Shown: in pieces, positions 1 to 8,605 of the stretch
How the letters are laid out: each line of letters begins with the position of its first letter
Numbering within the stretch: position 1 is the stretch's first letter
Origin: Acidimicrobiales bacterium
Lineage (GTDB): Bacteria; Actinomycetota; Acidimicrobiia; Acidimicrobiales; Bin134
Direction of reading: 5' to 3'
NCBI GenBank assembly: GCA_965116535.1
Contig: OZ220703.1
Coordinates: 961,545 to 1,025,544, forward strand
Length of the DNA stretch: 64,000 bases
Translations under genes and position numbers: made by a program
Notes under the pieces: generated by a model
The model's database searches: none
What the model saw: only the letters and a program-made list of their open reading frames with translations
Told to the model about the DNA's origin: nothing

Positions 1-634
1 AGCCCCAACCGTCGTTGCAGCCCATCAGATCGGCCTTGCCGTTGCCGTCCACGTCGAACAGCGCCGCGATATCGGGATTGTTGCCGATGTCGTCGAGCAT
101 CGTGATCCCATTGGCCTCAGCAGTGGCCTTGTCCACGATGAACCCCTGCAAACCGCCGGCCACAATCTCCTGGCCTATAGGCGACACCACATCGGCCACG
201 CCGGCCTCTTGGATCAACGTGGTGTGGATCGGGAACCACCCGTTCACCCACAAGTCGTACTCGCCCTCGCCCAACGCCGGATAGAACGTCGCCGGAGCCA
301 GCTCCGCCTCAGAGGGATCAGACACCTCATAGCCCAACTCCTGCAACAGCGTCCGATAAATCGCCGCCTGCATATAACCAGTCGACCAATTCGCCCGAGC
401 CATCGACACGCTCACACCCTCACCGGGCATGGCCATCTCATCAGGCATATCCTCAGGAGCGTCAGCCTCATCAGGAGCGTCAGCCTCATCAGGAGCGTCG
501 GGCGCGTCGGGCGCCTCCTCCGGCGCCGGCCCCGCAGCCGGCGCGTCATCGTCATCATTTCCGCAACCAGCAACCACCAGCCCGAAAACCAAAAAAACGG
601 ACAACAGAACCCGCCAAAGGCTTCGCTCTCTCAT
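1..634 (-). CDS. Glycine betaine/choline-type (OpuAC/ProX-like) ABC substrate-binding lipoprotein, tandem-domain, copy 1; 3' part cut by window edge
   Basis: Region 1-719 repeats 2336-3054: track ORFs 15..284, 209..730 and 429..707 have the same translations as 2350..2619, the tail of 720..3065, and 2764..3042. The ATG (minus) at 632-634 is preceded by GGAGGG. N-terminus MRERSLWRVLLSVFLVFGLVVAGCG is a signal peptide with a lipobox. Confidence 0.8.
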   Translation of the reverse strand, partial: MRERSLWRVLLSVFLVFGLVVAGCGNDDDDAPAAGPAPEEAPDAPDAPDEADAPDEADAPEDMPDEMAMPGEGVSVSMARANWSTGYMQAAIYRTLLQELGYEVSDPSEAELAPATFYPALGEGEYDLWVNGWFPIHTTLIQEAGVADVVSPIGQEIVAGGLQGFIVDKATAEANGITMLDDIGNNPDIAALFDVDGNGKADLMGCNDGWG

Positions 635-762
635 AGGAATCCCTCCAATCGACAAAAAGCCTGGCGCGCCCAAACACGCGCCAACCCGATTTGGTGCAAC
701 ACCCTAAACCAAACCAGCTTTGACCGCTAGAGACTCTGAAATAGAACGTTCAAAATTGATTC

Positions 763-788
763 GGGGCCCGCCCTCTCGAGCGGGCCCC
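763..788 (-). terminator. Intrinsic-terminator-like hairpin after SBP copy 2
   Basis: A perfect 9-bp stem GGGGCCCGC/GCGGGCCCC lies 60 nt past the stop at 849. On the minus strand a TTTT-containing tail (GAATCAATTTTGAA) follows it. Confidence 0.6.
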
Positions 789-848
789 GAACATTTGGTT
801 GACTTTGCTCAGCCCCTTCCGGGAGCTAGAACCGATCAGCCCCAACGA

Positions 849-2969
849 TCACGCTGCGGCCCTTGCTGCGGCGAGCCATTCGTCGACCGTGGCCTGGTTG
901 GCGGCGATCCAGTCGTCGGCCGCGGCCTGCACGTCGGCCTCGGTGTTGGCGCCGCCGTCGTAGGCCAGGTTCTGCAAAGCGATGTCGATCACCGGGATCG
1001 TCACCAGCTCCAACAGCTTGGCCGCAGCCGGGTTAGCCACCAAGAACTCGTTGGAGGCCACAACGCGGATGTCGGCGGCCACGAAGCCCATCTCGCAGGG
1101 CTGGCCCGGACACTGGTCAGCGGGCAGCGCCGCCGCGCCAACCTGGCTCTCCAGCGGATTGCCCACAGACACCCAGATCACATCGCTTCCCGGCACCAGC
1201 TCAGCGGTGAACGCGCCCGGCGTCCAGATGTACTGCAAGATCGACTCGCCCCGGTTGAACCGGCCCACCGAGTCCGCGAACAAAGCCGCGTGCTCCGCCG
1301 ACACCTGCTCGATGGTGTCCTCCCAGCCGTTCTGGGCGATGGTGTCGTTGATCACCACCTGACAGCCCCAACCGTCGTTGCAGCCCATCAGATCGGCCTT
1401 GCCGTTGCCGTCCACGTCGAACAGCGCCGCGATATCGGGATTGTTGCCGATGTCGTCGAGCATCGTGATCCCATTGGCCTCAGCAGTGGCCTTGTCCACG
1501 ATGAACCCCTGCAAACCGCCGGCCACAATCTCCTGGCCTATAGGCGACACCACATCGGCCACGCCGGCCTCTTGGATCAACGTGGTGTGGATCGGGAACC
1601 ACCCGTTCACCCACAAGTCGTACTCGCCCTCGCCCAACGCCGGATAGAACGTCGCCGGAGCCAGCTCCGCCTCAGAGGGATCAGACACCTCATAGCCCAA
1701 CTCCTGCAACAGCGTCCGATAAATCGCCGCCTGCATATAACCAGTCGACCAATTCGCCCGAGCCATCGACACGCTCACACCCTCGCCCGGGGTATCGCTC
1801 ATCGGCTCCGGTGCCGCGGGGGTGAAGCCGCTGGCGTTGCGGGCTTCTTCGAGCCAGGCGTCGATGGTGGCGCGGTTGGCGGCGATCCAGTCGTCGGCCG
1901 CGGCCTGCACGTCGGCCTCGGTGTTGGCGCCGCCGTCGTAGGCCAGGTTCTGCAAAGCGATGTCGATCACCGGGATCGTCACCAGCTCCAACAGCTTGGC
2001 CGCAGCCGGGTTAGCCACCAAGAACTCGTTGGAGGCCACAACGCGGATGTCGGCGGCCACGAAGCCCATCTCGCAGGGCTGGCCCGGACACTGGTCAGCG
2101 GGCAGCGCGCCAACCTGAGAGGGCAGCGGATTGCCCACAGACACCCAGATCACATCGCTTCCCGGCACCAGCTCAGCGGTGAACGCGCCCGGCGTCCAGA
2201 TGTACTGCAAGATCGACTCGCCCCGGTTGAACCGGCCCACCGAGTCCGCGAACAAAGCCGCGTGCTCCGCCGACACCTGCTCGATGGTGTCCTCCCAGCC
2301 GTTCTGGGCGATGGTGTCGTTGATCACCACCTGACAGCCCCAACCGTCGTTGCAGCCCATCAGATCGGCCTTGCCGTTGCCGTCCACGTCGAACAGCGCC
2401 GCGATATCGGGATTGTTGCCGATGTCGTCGAGCATCGTGATCCCATTGGCCTCAGCAGTGGCCTTGTCCACGATGAACCCCTGCAAACCGCCGGCCACAA
2501 TCTCCTGGCCTATAGGCGACACCACATCGGCCACGCCGGCCTCTTGGATCAACGTGGTGTGGATCGGGAACCACCCGTTCACCCACAAGTCGTACTCGCC
2601 CTCGCCCAACGCCGGATAGAACGTCGCCGGAGCCAGCTCCGCCTCAGAGGGATCAGACACCTCATAGCCCAACTCCTGCAACAGCGTCCGATAAATCGCC
2701 GCCTGCATATAACCAGTCGACCAATTCGCCCGAGCCATCGACACGCTCACACCCTCACCGGGCATGGCCATCTCATCAGGCATATCCTCAGGAGCGTCAG
2801 CCTCATCAGGAGCGTCAGCCTCATCAGGAGCGTCGGGCGCGTCGGGCGCCTCCTCCGGCGCCGGCCCCGCAGCCGGCGCGTCATCGTCATCATTTCCGCA
2901 ACCAGCAACCACCAGCCCGAAAACCAAAAAAACGGACAACAGAACCCGCCAAAGGCTTCGCTCTCTCAT
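849..2969 (-). CDS. Tandem-domain glycine betaine/choline-type ABC substrate-binding lipoprotein, copy 2 (two near-identical SBP domains)
   Basis: Track ORF 849..3008 was trimmed to the Met at 2969, which has an upstream GGAGGG. Lipobox VAGC is followed by an acidic PDAPDEA linker. The block GEGVSVSMARANWSTGYMQAAIYRTLLQELGYEV...WVNGWFPIH occurs twice (OpuAC-like domain). Confidence 0.85.
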   Translation of the reverse strand: MRERSLWRVLLSVFLVFGLVVAGCGNDDDDAPAAGPAPEEAPDAPDAPDEADAPDEADAPEDMPDEMAMPGEGVSVSMARANWSTGYMQAAIYRTLLQELGYEVSDPSEAELAPATFYPALGEGEYDLWVNGWFPIHTTLIQEAGVADVVSPIGQEIVAGGLQGFIVDKATAEANGITMLDDIGNNPDIAALFDVDGNGKADLMGCNDGWGCQVVINDTIAQNGWEDTIEQVSAEHAALFADSVGRFNRGESILQYIWTPGAFTAELVPGSDVIWVSVGNPLPSQVGALPADQCPGQPCEMGFVAADIRVVASNEFLVANPAAAKLLELVTIPVIDIALQNLAYDGGANTEADVQAAADDWIAANRATIDAWLEEARNASGFTPAAPEPMSDTPGEGVSVSMARANWSTGYMQAAIYRTLLQELGYEVSDPSEAELAPATFYPALGEGEYDLWVNGWFPIHTTLIQEAGVADVVSPIGQEIVAGGLQGFIVDKATAEANGITMLDDIGNNPDIAALFDVDGNGKADLMGCNDGWGCQVVINDTIAQNGWEDTIEQVSAEHAALFADSVGRFNRGESILQYIWTPGAFTAELVPGSDVIWVSVGNPLESQVGAAALPADQCPGQPCEMGFVAADIRVVASNEFLVANPAAAKLLELVTIPVIDIALQNLAYDGGANTEADVQAAADDWIAANQATVDEWLAAARAAA

Positions 2970-2988
2970 AGGAATCCCTCCAATCGAC

Positions 2989-3018
2989 AAAAAGCCTGGC
3001 GCGCCCAAACACGCGCCA
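2989..3018 (-). promoter_or_regulatory. Leader hairpin plus U-tract directly upstream of the SBP RBS (attenuator-like); copies also at 654-683 and 5312-5341
   Basis: Minus strand reads TGGCGCG-TGTTTGGG-CGCGCCA-GGCTTTTTG, then GGAGGG and ATG. The 7-bp stem is 2997-3003/3012-3018. Confidence 0.4.
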
Positions 3019-3097
3019 ACCCGATTTGGTGCAACACCCTAAACCAAACCAGCTTTGACCGCTAGAGACTCTGAAATAGAACGTTCAAAATTGATTC

Positions 3098-3123
3098 GGG
3101 GCCCGCCCTCTCGAGCGGGCCCC
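3098..3123 (-). terminator. Intrinsic-terminator-like hairpin after SBP copy 3
   Basis: Same 9-bp stem as 763-788, one repeat unit (2335 bp) further on. Confidence 0.6.
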
Positions 3124-3183
3124 GAACATTTGGTTGACTTTGCTCAGCCCCTTCCGGGAGCTAGAACCGATCAGCCCCAACGA

Positions 3184-5292
3184 TCACGCTGCGGCCCTTG
3201 CTGCGGCGAGCCATTCGTCGACCGTGGCCTGGTTGGCGGCGATCCAGTCGTCGGCCGCGGCCTGCACGTCGGCCTCGGTGTTGGCGCCGCCGTCGTAGGC
3301 CAGGTTCTGCAAAGCGATGTCGATCACCGGGATCGTCACCAGCTCCAACAGCTTGGCCGCAGCCGGGTTAGCCACCAAGAACTCGTTGGAGGCCACAACG
3401 CGGATGTCGGCGGCCACGAAGCCCATCTCGCAGGGCTGGCCCGGACACTGGTCAGCGGGCAGCGCCGCCGCGCCAACCTGGCTCTCCAGCGGATTGCCCA
3501 CAGACACCCAGATCACATCGCTTCCCGGCACCAGCTCAGCGGTGAACGCGCCCGGCGTCCAGATGTACTGCAAGATCGACTCGCCCCGGTTGAACCGGCC
3601 CACCGAGTCCGCGAACAAAGCCGCGTGCTCCGCCGACACCTGCTCGATGGTGTCCTCCCAGCCGTTCTGGGCGATGGTGTCGTTGATCACCACCTGACAG
3701 CCCCAACCGTCGTTGCAGCCCATCAGATCGGCCTTGCCGTTGCCGTCCACGTCGAACAGCGCCGCGATATCGGGATTGTTGCCGATGTCGTCGAGCATCG
3801 TGATCCCATTGGCCTCAGCAGTGGCCTTGTCCACGATGAACCCCTGCAAACCGCCGGCCACAATCTCCTGGCCTATAGGCGACACCACATCGGCCACGCC
3901 GGCCTCTTGGATCAACGTGGTGTGGATCGGGAACCACCCGTTCACCCACAAGTCGTACTCGCCCTCGCCCAACGCCGGATAGAACGTCGCCGGAGCCAGC
4001 TCCGCCTCAGAGGGATCAGACACCTCATAGCCCAACTCCTGCAACAGCGTCCGATAAATCGCCGCCTGCATATAACCAGTCGACCAATTCGCCCGAGCCA
4101 TCGACACGCTCACACCCTCGCCCGGGGTATCGCTCATCGGCTCCGGTGCCGCGGGGGTGAAGCCGCTGGCGTTGCGGGCTTCTTCGAGCCAGGCGTCGAT
4201 GGTGGCGCGGTTGGCGGCGATCCAGTCGTCGGCCGCGGCCTGCACGTCGGCCTCGGTGTTGGCGCCGCCGTCGTAGGCCAGGTTCTGCAAAGCGATGTCG
4301 ATCACCGGGATCGTCACCAGCTCCAACAGCTTGGCCGCAGCCGGGTTAGCCACCAAGAACTCGTTGGAGGCCACAACGCGGATGTCGGCGGCCACGAAGC
4401 CCATCTCGCAGGGCTGGCCCGGACACTGGTCAGCGGGCAGCGCCGCCGCGCCAACCTGAGAGGGCAGCGGATTGCCCACAGACACCCAGATCACATCGCT
4501 TCCCGGCACCAGCTCAGCGGTGAACGCGCCCGGCGTCCAGATGTACTGCAAGATCGACTCGCCCCGGTTGAACCGGCCCACCGAGTCCGCGAACAAAGCC
4601 GCGTGCTCCGCCGACACCTGCTCGATGGTGTCCTCCCAGCCGTTCTGGGCGATGGTGTCGTTGATCACCACCTGACAGCCCCAACCGTCGTTGCAGCCCA
4701 TCAGATCGGCCTTGCCGTTGCCGTCCACGTCGAACAGCGCCGCGATATCGGGATTGTTGCCGATGTCGTCGAGCATCGTGATCCCATTGGCCTCAGCAGT
4801 GGCCTTGTCCACGATGAACCCCTGCAAACCGCCGGCCACAATCTCCTGGCCTATAGGCGACACCACATCGGCCACGCCGGCCTCTTGGATCAACGTGGTG
4901 TGGATCGGGAACCACCCGTTCACCCACAAGTCGTACTCGCCCTCGCCCAACGCCGGATAGAACGTCGCCGGAGCCAGCTCCGCCTCAGAGGGATCAGACA
5001 CCTCATAGCCCAACTCCTGCAACAGCGTACGATAAATCGCCGCCTGCATATAACCAGTCGACCAATTCGCCCGAGCCATCGACACGCTCACACCCTCACC
5101 GGGCATGGCCATCTCATCAGGCATATCCTCAGGAGCGTCAGCCTCATCAGGAGCGTCGGGCGCGTCGGGCGCCTCCTCCGGCGCCGGCCCCGCAGCCGGC
5201 GCGTCATCGTCATCATTTCCGCAACCAGCAACCACCAGCCCGAAAACCAAAAAAACGGACAACAGAACCCGCCAAAGGCTTCGCTCTCTCAT
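3184..5292 (-). CDS. Tandem-domain glycine betaine/choline-type ABC substrate-binding lipoprotein, copy 3
   Basis: Track ORF 3184..5361 was trimmed to the Met at 5292 (same RBS and start context as the other copies). It differs from copy 2 only by an 18-bp and a 6-bp indel and one synonymous change near 5031. Confidence 0.85.
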   Translation of the reverse strand: MRERSLWRVLLSVFLVFGLVVAGCGNDDDDAPAAGPAPEEAPDAPDAPDEADAPEDMPDEMAMPGEGVSVSMARANWSTGYMQAAIYRTLLQELGYEVSDPSEAELAPATFYPALGEGEYDLWVNGWFPIHTTLIQEAGVADVVSPIGQEIVAGGLQGFIVDKATAEANGITMLDDIGNNPDIAALFDVDGNGKADLMGCNDGWGCQVVINDTIAQNGWEDTIEQVSAEHAALFADSVGRFNRGESILQYIWTPGAFTAELVPGSDVIWVSVGNPLPSQVGAAALPADQCPGQPCEMGFVAADIRVVASNEFLVANPAAAKLLELVTIPVIDIALQNLAYDGGANTEADVQAAADDWIAANRATIDAWLEEARNASGFTPAAPEPMSDTPGEGVSVSMARANWSTGYMQAAIYRTLLQELGYEVSDPSEAELAPATFYPALGEGEYDLWVNGWFPIHTTLIQEAGVADVVSPIGQEIVAGGLQGFIVDKATAEANGITMLDDIGNNPDIAALFDVDGNGKADLMGCNDGWGCQVVINDTIAQNGWEDTIEQVSAEHAALFADSVGRFNRGESILQYIWTPGAFTAELVPGSDVIWVSVGNPLESQVGAAALPADQCPGQPCEMGFVAADIRVVASNEFLVANPAAAKLLELVTIPVIDIALQNLAYDGGANTEADVQAAADDWIAANQATVDEWLAAARAAA

Positions 5293-5417
5293 AGGAATCC
5301 CTCCAATCGACAAAAAGCCTGGCGCGCCCAAACACGCGCCAACCCGCCTTTCGCAAACCACCCTAATTTGAACAGACCGCGAACGCTAGAGCCTGTCTGA
5401 ATTTTGTTAGGCGTCTT

Positions 5418-6302
5418 CTAGCGGCGGCGGCGGAGGCGGCGGGCGTGGGCTTCGAGCTGCTTGCGCTGTTTGCGGGTGAGGCTGTCCAGCCCTTGGCTGG
5501 CCACTTGATCGAGAAGGGCGTCGATCTCGGGGGAGACCGATTCATCACGGGTAGGGATTGACCGCAGATGTTCCCGGCCTCGACCCCGTCGACGAGACCT
5601 CGAAGGGCGAGCTTCGGTTGCAGTCTGACTCGAGGCCGAGGCAAAGGACAGCTTCGGAATCCATGTGAGGTTGGTGGCGTAGCCGAACGCCCGAATTCCA
5701 AACAGCGCCACAGCCACCGTGCAGGCCAGAACGATCAAGGCGAACCAGTTGCGGTTGCCCAAGGCTTGGATGGCATCGAGTCCGACGATAACGACGGCGA
5801 TCACCCAGCCGGGAATGCCGGGCCAGAACCGGGCGTGGGCGTATTGGGCGGCAAAGGCCACCAGCACCCCGACTTCCACCATTCGCAGGCCAGCCACATA
5901 ACCATCAATGCCGGTCGCCGCTTCCACTCCAGTCACAATCACGGCGGGAACAAGGGTGAGGGCAACCAGGAAGAACGCGAATCGCCAGCGTCCCAGCAGA
6001 GACTCAATCTGGGAGCCCAGCATGTAGAAGATGGCGAACAGGATGATCGTCCAGAAGTGGGGCTCATTGGGAATTGGCCAGGTGACTAGCCGCCAGATGT
6101 CCCCTTCCACCACGCTTCCGAGCTGGTAGTTCTCCGAGATCAGCACCAACTCGCGAAAGATGGGTCCGAAGCGGCCTTCAATCCCCCAGATGATCATCGA
6201 GATCACACCGAGACCGACCACGAACGCAGTGGTAGAGACCGGGAACGTTCCGATGCGGAACCAGGGGTCGTCGCTGTAGCCGAAGCGCCGTGAGGGATAC
6301 AT
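5418..6302 (-). CDS. Rhomboid-fold membrane protein, apparently catalytically inactive
   Basis: Track ORF 5418..6428 was trimmed to the Met at 6302, 2 nt after the sulfatase stop. It has WRLVTWP...H....LGSQIESLLGRWRF (rhomboid TM2/L1-like pattern). The GxSG position reads GIDG and no AHxGG-type His motif was seen. The tail is basic and helical. Confidence 0.6.
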   Translation of the reverse strand: MYPSRRFGYSDDPWFRIGTFPVSTTAFVVGLGVISMIIWGIEGRFGPIFRELVLISENYQLGSVVEGDIWRLVTWPIPNEPHFWTIILFAIFYMLGSQIESLLGRWRFAFFLVALTLVPAVIVTGVEAATGIDGYVAGLRMVEVGVLVAFAAQYAHARFWPGIPGWVIAVVIVGLDAIQALGNRNWFALIVLACTVAVALFGIRAFGYATNLTWIPKLSFASASSQTATEARPSRSRRRGRGREHLRSIPTRDESVSPEIDALLDQVASQGLDSLTRKQRKQLEAHARRLRRRR

Positions 6303-6304
6303 GG

Positions 6305-8575
6305 CTATTGGTGGCGCATGGCGTGGGCCAGCTCGGCGTCGAAATCGAAGGGGGGCAGCGGGCCGGTCTCGATGACCAATGATGCCAGGCCCATGGGTGC
6401 CTCGAAAGGCGGCTCGTAGTCGTCGCACACCGGGAAGGGCCGGCCATAGCCTACGGTGAGGAATGCCCCGTCAGGGGCCCAGTTGGTGGGCAGGGGTACC
6501 GGTTGCGCCCCCCGACCGATCTCAGCTTCGTCGGCAGTTAGCGTCACCATGAACAGCCCGTCGTCGGTGGGCGAGACCTCTGCACCCACAAAGCGCGCTC
6601 CGGTGGGGACGGGAGCGGTGGCCCGGTATTCCCGCCCATGCACCACCGCCACCCAACGGAGGTCACCGTCGGCCAGGAACAGCGCCCAACCCGCAATCCA
6701 ATCGCCTTGCTCGCAAATCACTCCAGCGGCGTGCTCAGGCAAACCGTCGGGAAAGGCAGCCACCGCCCGGTAGCCGCCGAACTGCAGCGGCCCGGAGGCC
6801 TCGTGCACTTTGTCGCCGGGGACCAAGTCGTAGCGGGATCGCAGCGACATCCATGGGGCATACATGTGGGCGATGCGGTTCATCGCGGTGTCGTCAAGGG
6901 GCAGCACCCCATTGCGATCAGCCTCGGCGCTCCACAACTCGATCAGCTCGGTCAGCTTCTCGGGGTGGTGGTCGGCCAGGTTGTGCGACTCGGTGGGATC
7001 GGCCTCGGTATCGAACAGCTCCCACTCGTCCTCGGCGAAGTTATGGCTGCCGATGATGGCGTCCCGCTCGGCGGCAGTGAGCTGGTTGACGTGGTTGGTA
7101 ACCGCCTTCCATCCCTGGTGGTACATGGCCCGACTGCCCCAGCACTCGTAGTACTGGCTGGTGCGGGCGGCGTCGGGATCATCATCGTTGACGATTCGCC
7201 GCATGCTGACGCCGTCGAACGACATCTGCTCCACCCCGTCGAATACGGTCGGTGGCTGCACCCCGGCCAGATCCAGAATCGTGGGCATCACATCGGTGAC
7301 GTGGCTGTATTGGTGGCGTAGCTCGCCCCGTGCGACGAGGCCAGCCGGCCAGGACAGGATCAGGGGGTCGCGCACTCCGCCCTCGAAGGTGTACCTCTTC
7401 CACCGCCGGAAGGGGGTGTTACCGGCCAGGGCCCACCCCCAGGGATAGTGCCCGGAGGAGCGGAACCCGCCGAGATCTTGGTAGTGGGCCAGTTCCAACT
7501 CCAGATCATCCGCTTCGTCGCTGATGTAGTGGCGGATCTGGTTCCAACTGCCGTTGGGCCCCCCTTCGGCCGAGGTGCCATTGTCGGAGATCAGGGCCAC
7601 CACGGTGTTGTCGGCCTCGCCGGATGATTCCAGGTAGTCGAGCACTCGGCCGATGTGATGGTCGGCATGGCTCAAGAACCCGGCGTACACCTCCATCATT
7701 CGGGCATACAGCCGCTGGCGCTCGGGGTCGACCTCATCCCAGGGCTCGACCCATTCGGGTCGCTCCGAGAGGGCGACATCGCCCGCGATGATCCCCATCT
7801 CCTGCTGGCGGGCCAGCACCTCTTCTCGCCAAACGTCCCACCCACGGTCGAATTGCCCGGCGTAGCGATCGATCCACTCCGGGGGGGCTTGATGGGGGGC
7901 GTGGGGAGTGCCGGTGGCGTACCACATCATGAACGGCCGATCTGGATCGGCCAGGCGCAATCCCCGCAGGTAGTCGATGGCCTGCGCGGCCAGATCGGCA
8001 TCGAGGTGGTATCCCTCCTCCGGGGTGGCCGGGGGTTCGATATATGTCTGGTCGCGGATGAGCTGAGGCGTCCACTGATTGGTCTCCCCGTTGAGGAACC
8101 CGTAGTAGTGGTCGAACCCGACCCCGGTCGGCCAGGTGTGATACGGCCCGGCGGCGCGCTGGTCGCGGGGCGTGAGATGCCACTTCCCCACTGCGAAGGT
8201 GGCCCAACCCTCGGCCCCCAGGTATTGGGCCATGGTCCCGGCAGAGTCGGGGATCTGCCCGTTATAGCCGGGGAAGTTGATGGGCATGTCGGTGAGCATC
8301 CCCACACCGACGCGATGGTGATTCCGCCCGGTGAGCAGGCAGGCCCGGGTGGGAGAGCAAACTGCGGTGGTGTGGAAGTTGGTGAACCGCAGCCCCCGAG
8401 CGGCCAACCGGTCCAAGTTGGGGGTGTCGATGTCGGAGCCGTAGCAACCGAGCTGGGCGAAACCGAGGTCGTCCATCACGATGACCAGCACGTTGGGGGC
8501 GTCGGGATCGTAGGGCCGCGGCACCGGCGGCGAGGTCGACTCGGCCAGAGTGAGCCCGATGCGGTGTTCCGTCAT
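6305..8575 (-). CDS. Arylsulfatase (formylglycine-dependent sulfatase family)
   Basis: 756 aa. The N-terminal region NVLVIVMDDLGF...AVCSPTRACLLTGRNHH carries the C-x-P-x-R formylglycine motif. Confidence 0.9.
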   Translation of the reverse strand: MTEHRIGLTLAESTSPPVPRPYDPDAPNVLVIVMDDLGFAQLGCYGSDIDTPNLDRLAARGLRFTNFHTTAVCSPTRACLLTGRNHHRVGVGMLTDMPINFPGYNGQIPDSAGTMAQYLGAEGWATFAVGKWHLTPRDQRAAGPYHTWPTGVGFDHYYGFLNGETNQWTPQLIRDQTYIEPPATPEEGYHLDADLAAQAIDYLRGLRLADPDRPFMMWYATGTPHAPHQAPPEWIDRYAGQFDRGWDVWREEVLARQQEMGIIAGDVALSERPEWVEPWDEVDPERQRLYARMMEVYAGFLSHADHHIGRVLDYLESSGEADNTVVALISDNGTSAEGGPNGSWNQIRHYISDEADDLELELAHYQDLGGFRSSGHYPWGWALAGNTPFRRWKRYTFEGGVRDPLILSWPAGLVARGELRHQYSHVTDVMPTILDLAGVQPPTVFDGVEQMSFDGVSMRRIVNDDDPDAARTSQYYECWGSRAMYHQGWKAVTNHVNQLTAAERDAIIGSHNFAEDEWELFDTEADPTESHNLADHHPEKLTELIELWSAEADRNGVLPLDDTAMNRIAHMYAPWMSLRSRYDLVPGDKVHEASGPLQFGGYRAVAAFPDGLPEHAAGVICEQGDWIAGWALFLADGDLRWVAVVHGREYRATAPVPTGARFVGAEVSPTDDGLFMVTLTADEAEIGRGAQPVPLPTNWAPDGAFLTVGYGRPFPVCDDYEPPFEAPMGLASLVIETGPLPPFDFDAELAHAMRHQ

Positions 8576-8605
8576 GGGATCAGAAGATAGGCGATGGCTG
8601 GTCCA

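Larger units (their letters stand above)
1..5348. repeat. Nested tandem amplification: about 2335-bp gene-plus-spacer unit present at least 2.3 times, each unit containing an internal 972/978-bp duplicated SBP module
   Basis: The outer period is 2335 (ORF starts 720 and 3055; 15, 2350). The inner period is 972 (1378 vs 2350) or 978 (3713 vs 4691), with identical translations. Identity to the upstream flank is lost after about 5348. Confidence 0.95.

Noticed and set aside
720-5400. Two 781-aa plus-strand ORFs (720..3065 and 3055..5400) and many nested smaller ORFs covering the repeat array
   Set aside because: They are antisense to the SBP lipoprotein genes, which have clear family features (signal peptide, lipobox, OpuAC-like domains, RBS). 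Their translations are Arg/Gly/His/Val-rich with no recognisable motif, as is typical of spurious antisense ORFs in high-GC DNA.
1-5400. Repeat array as an insertion sequence or other mobile element
   Set aside because: There is no transposase, integrase or terminal inverted repeat. The repeated unit is an ordinary lipoprotein gene plus its spacer arranged head-to-tail.
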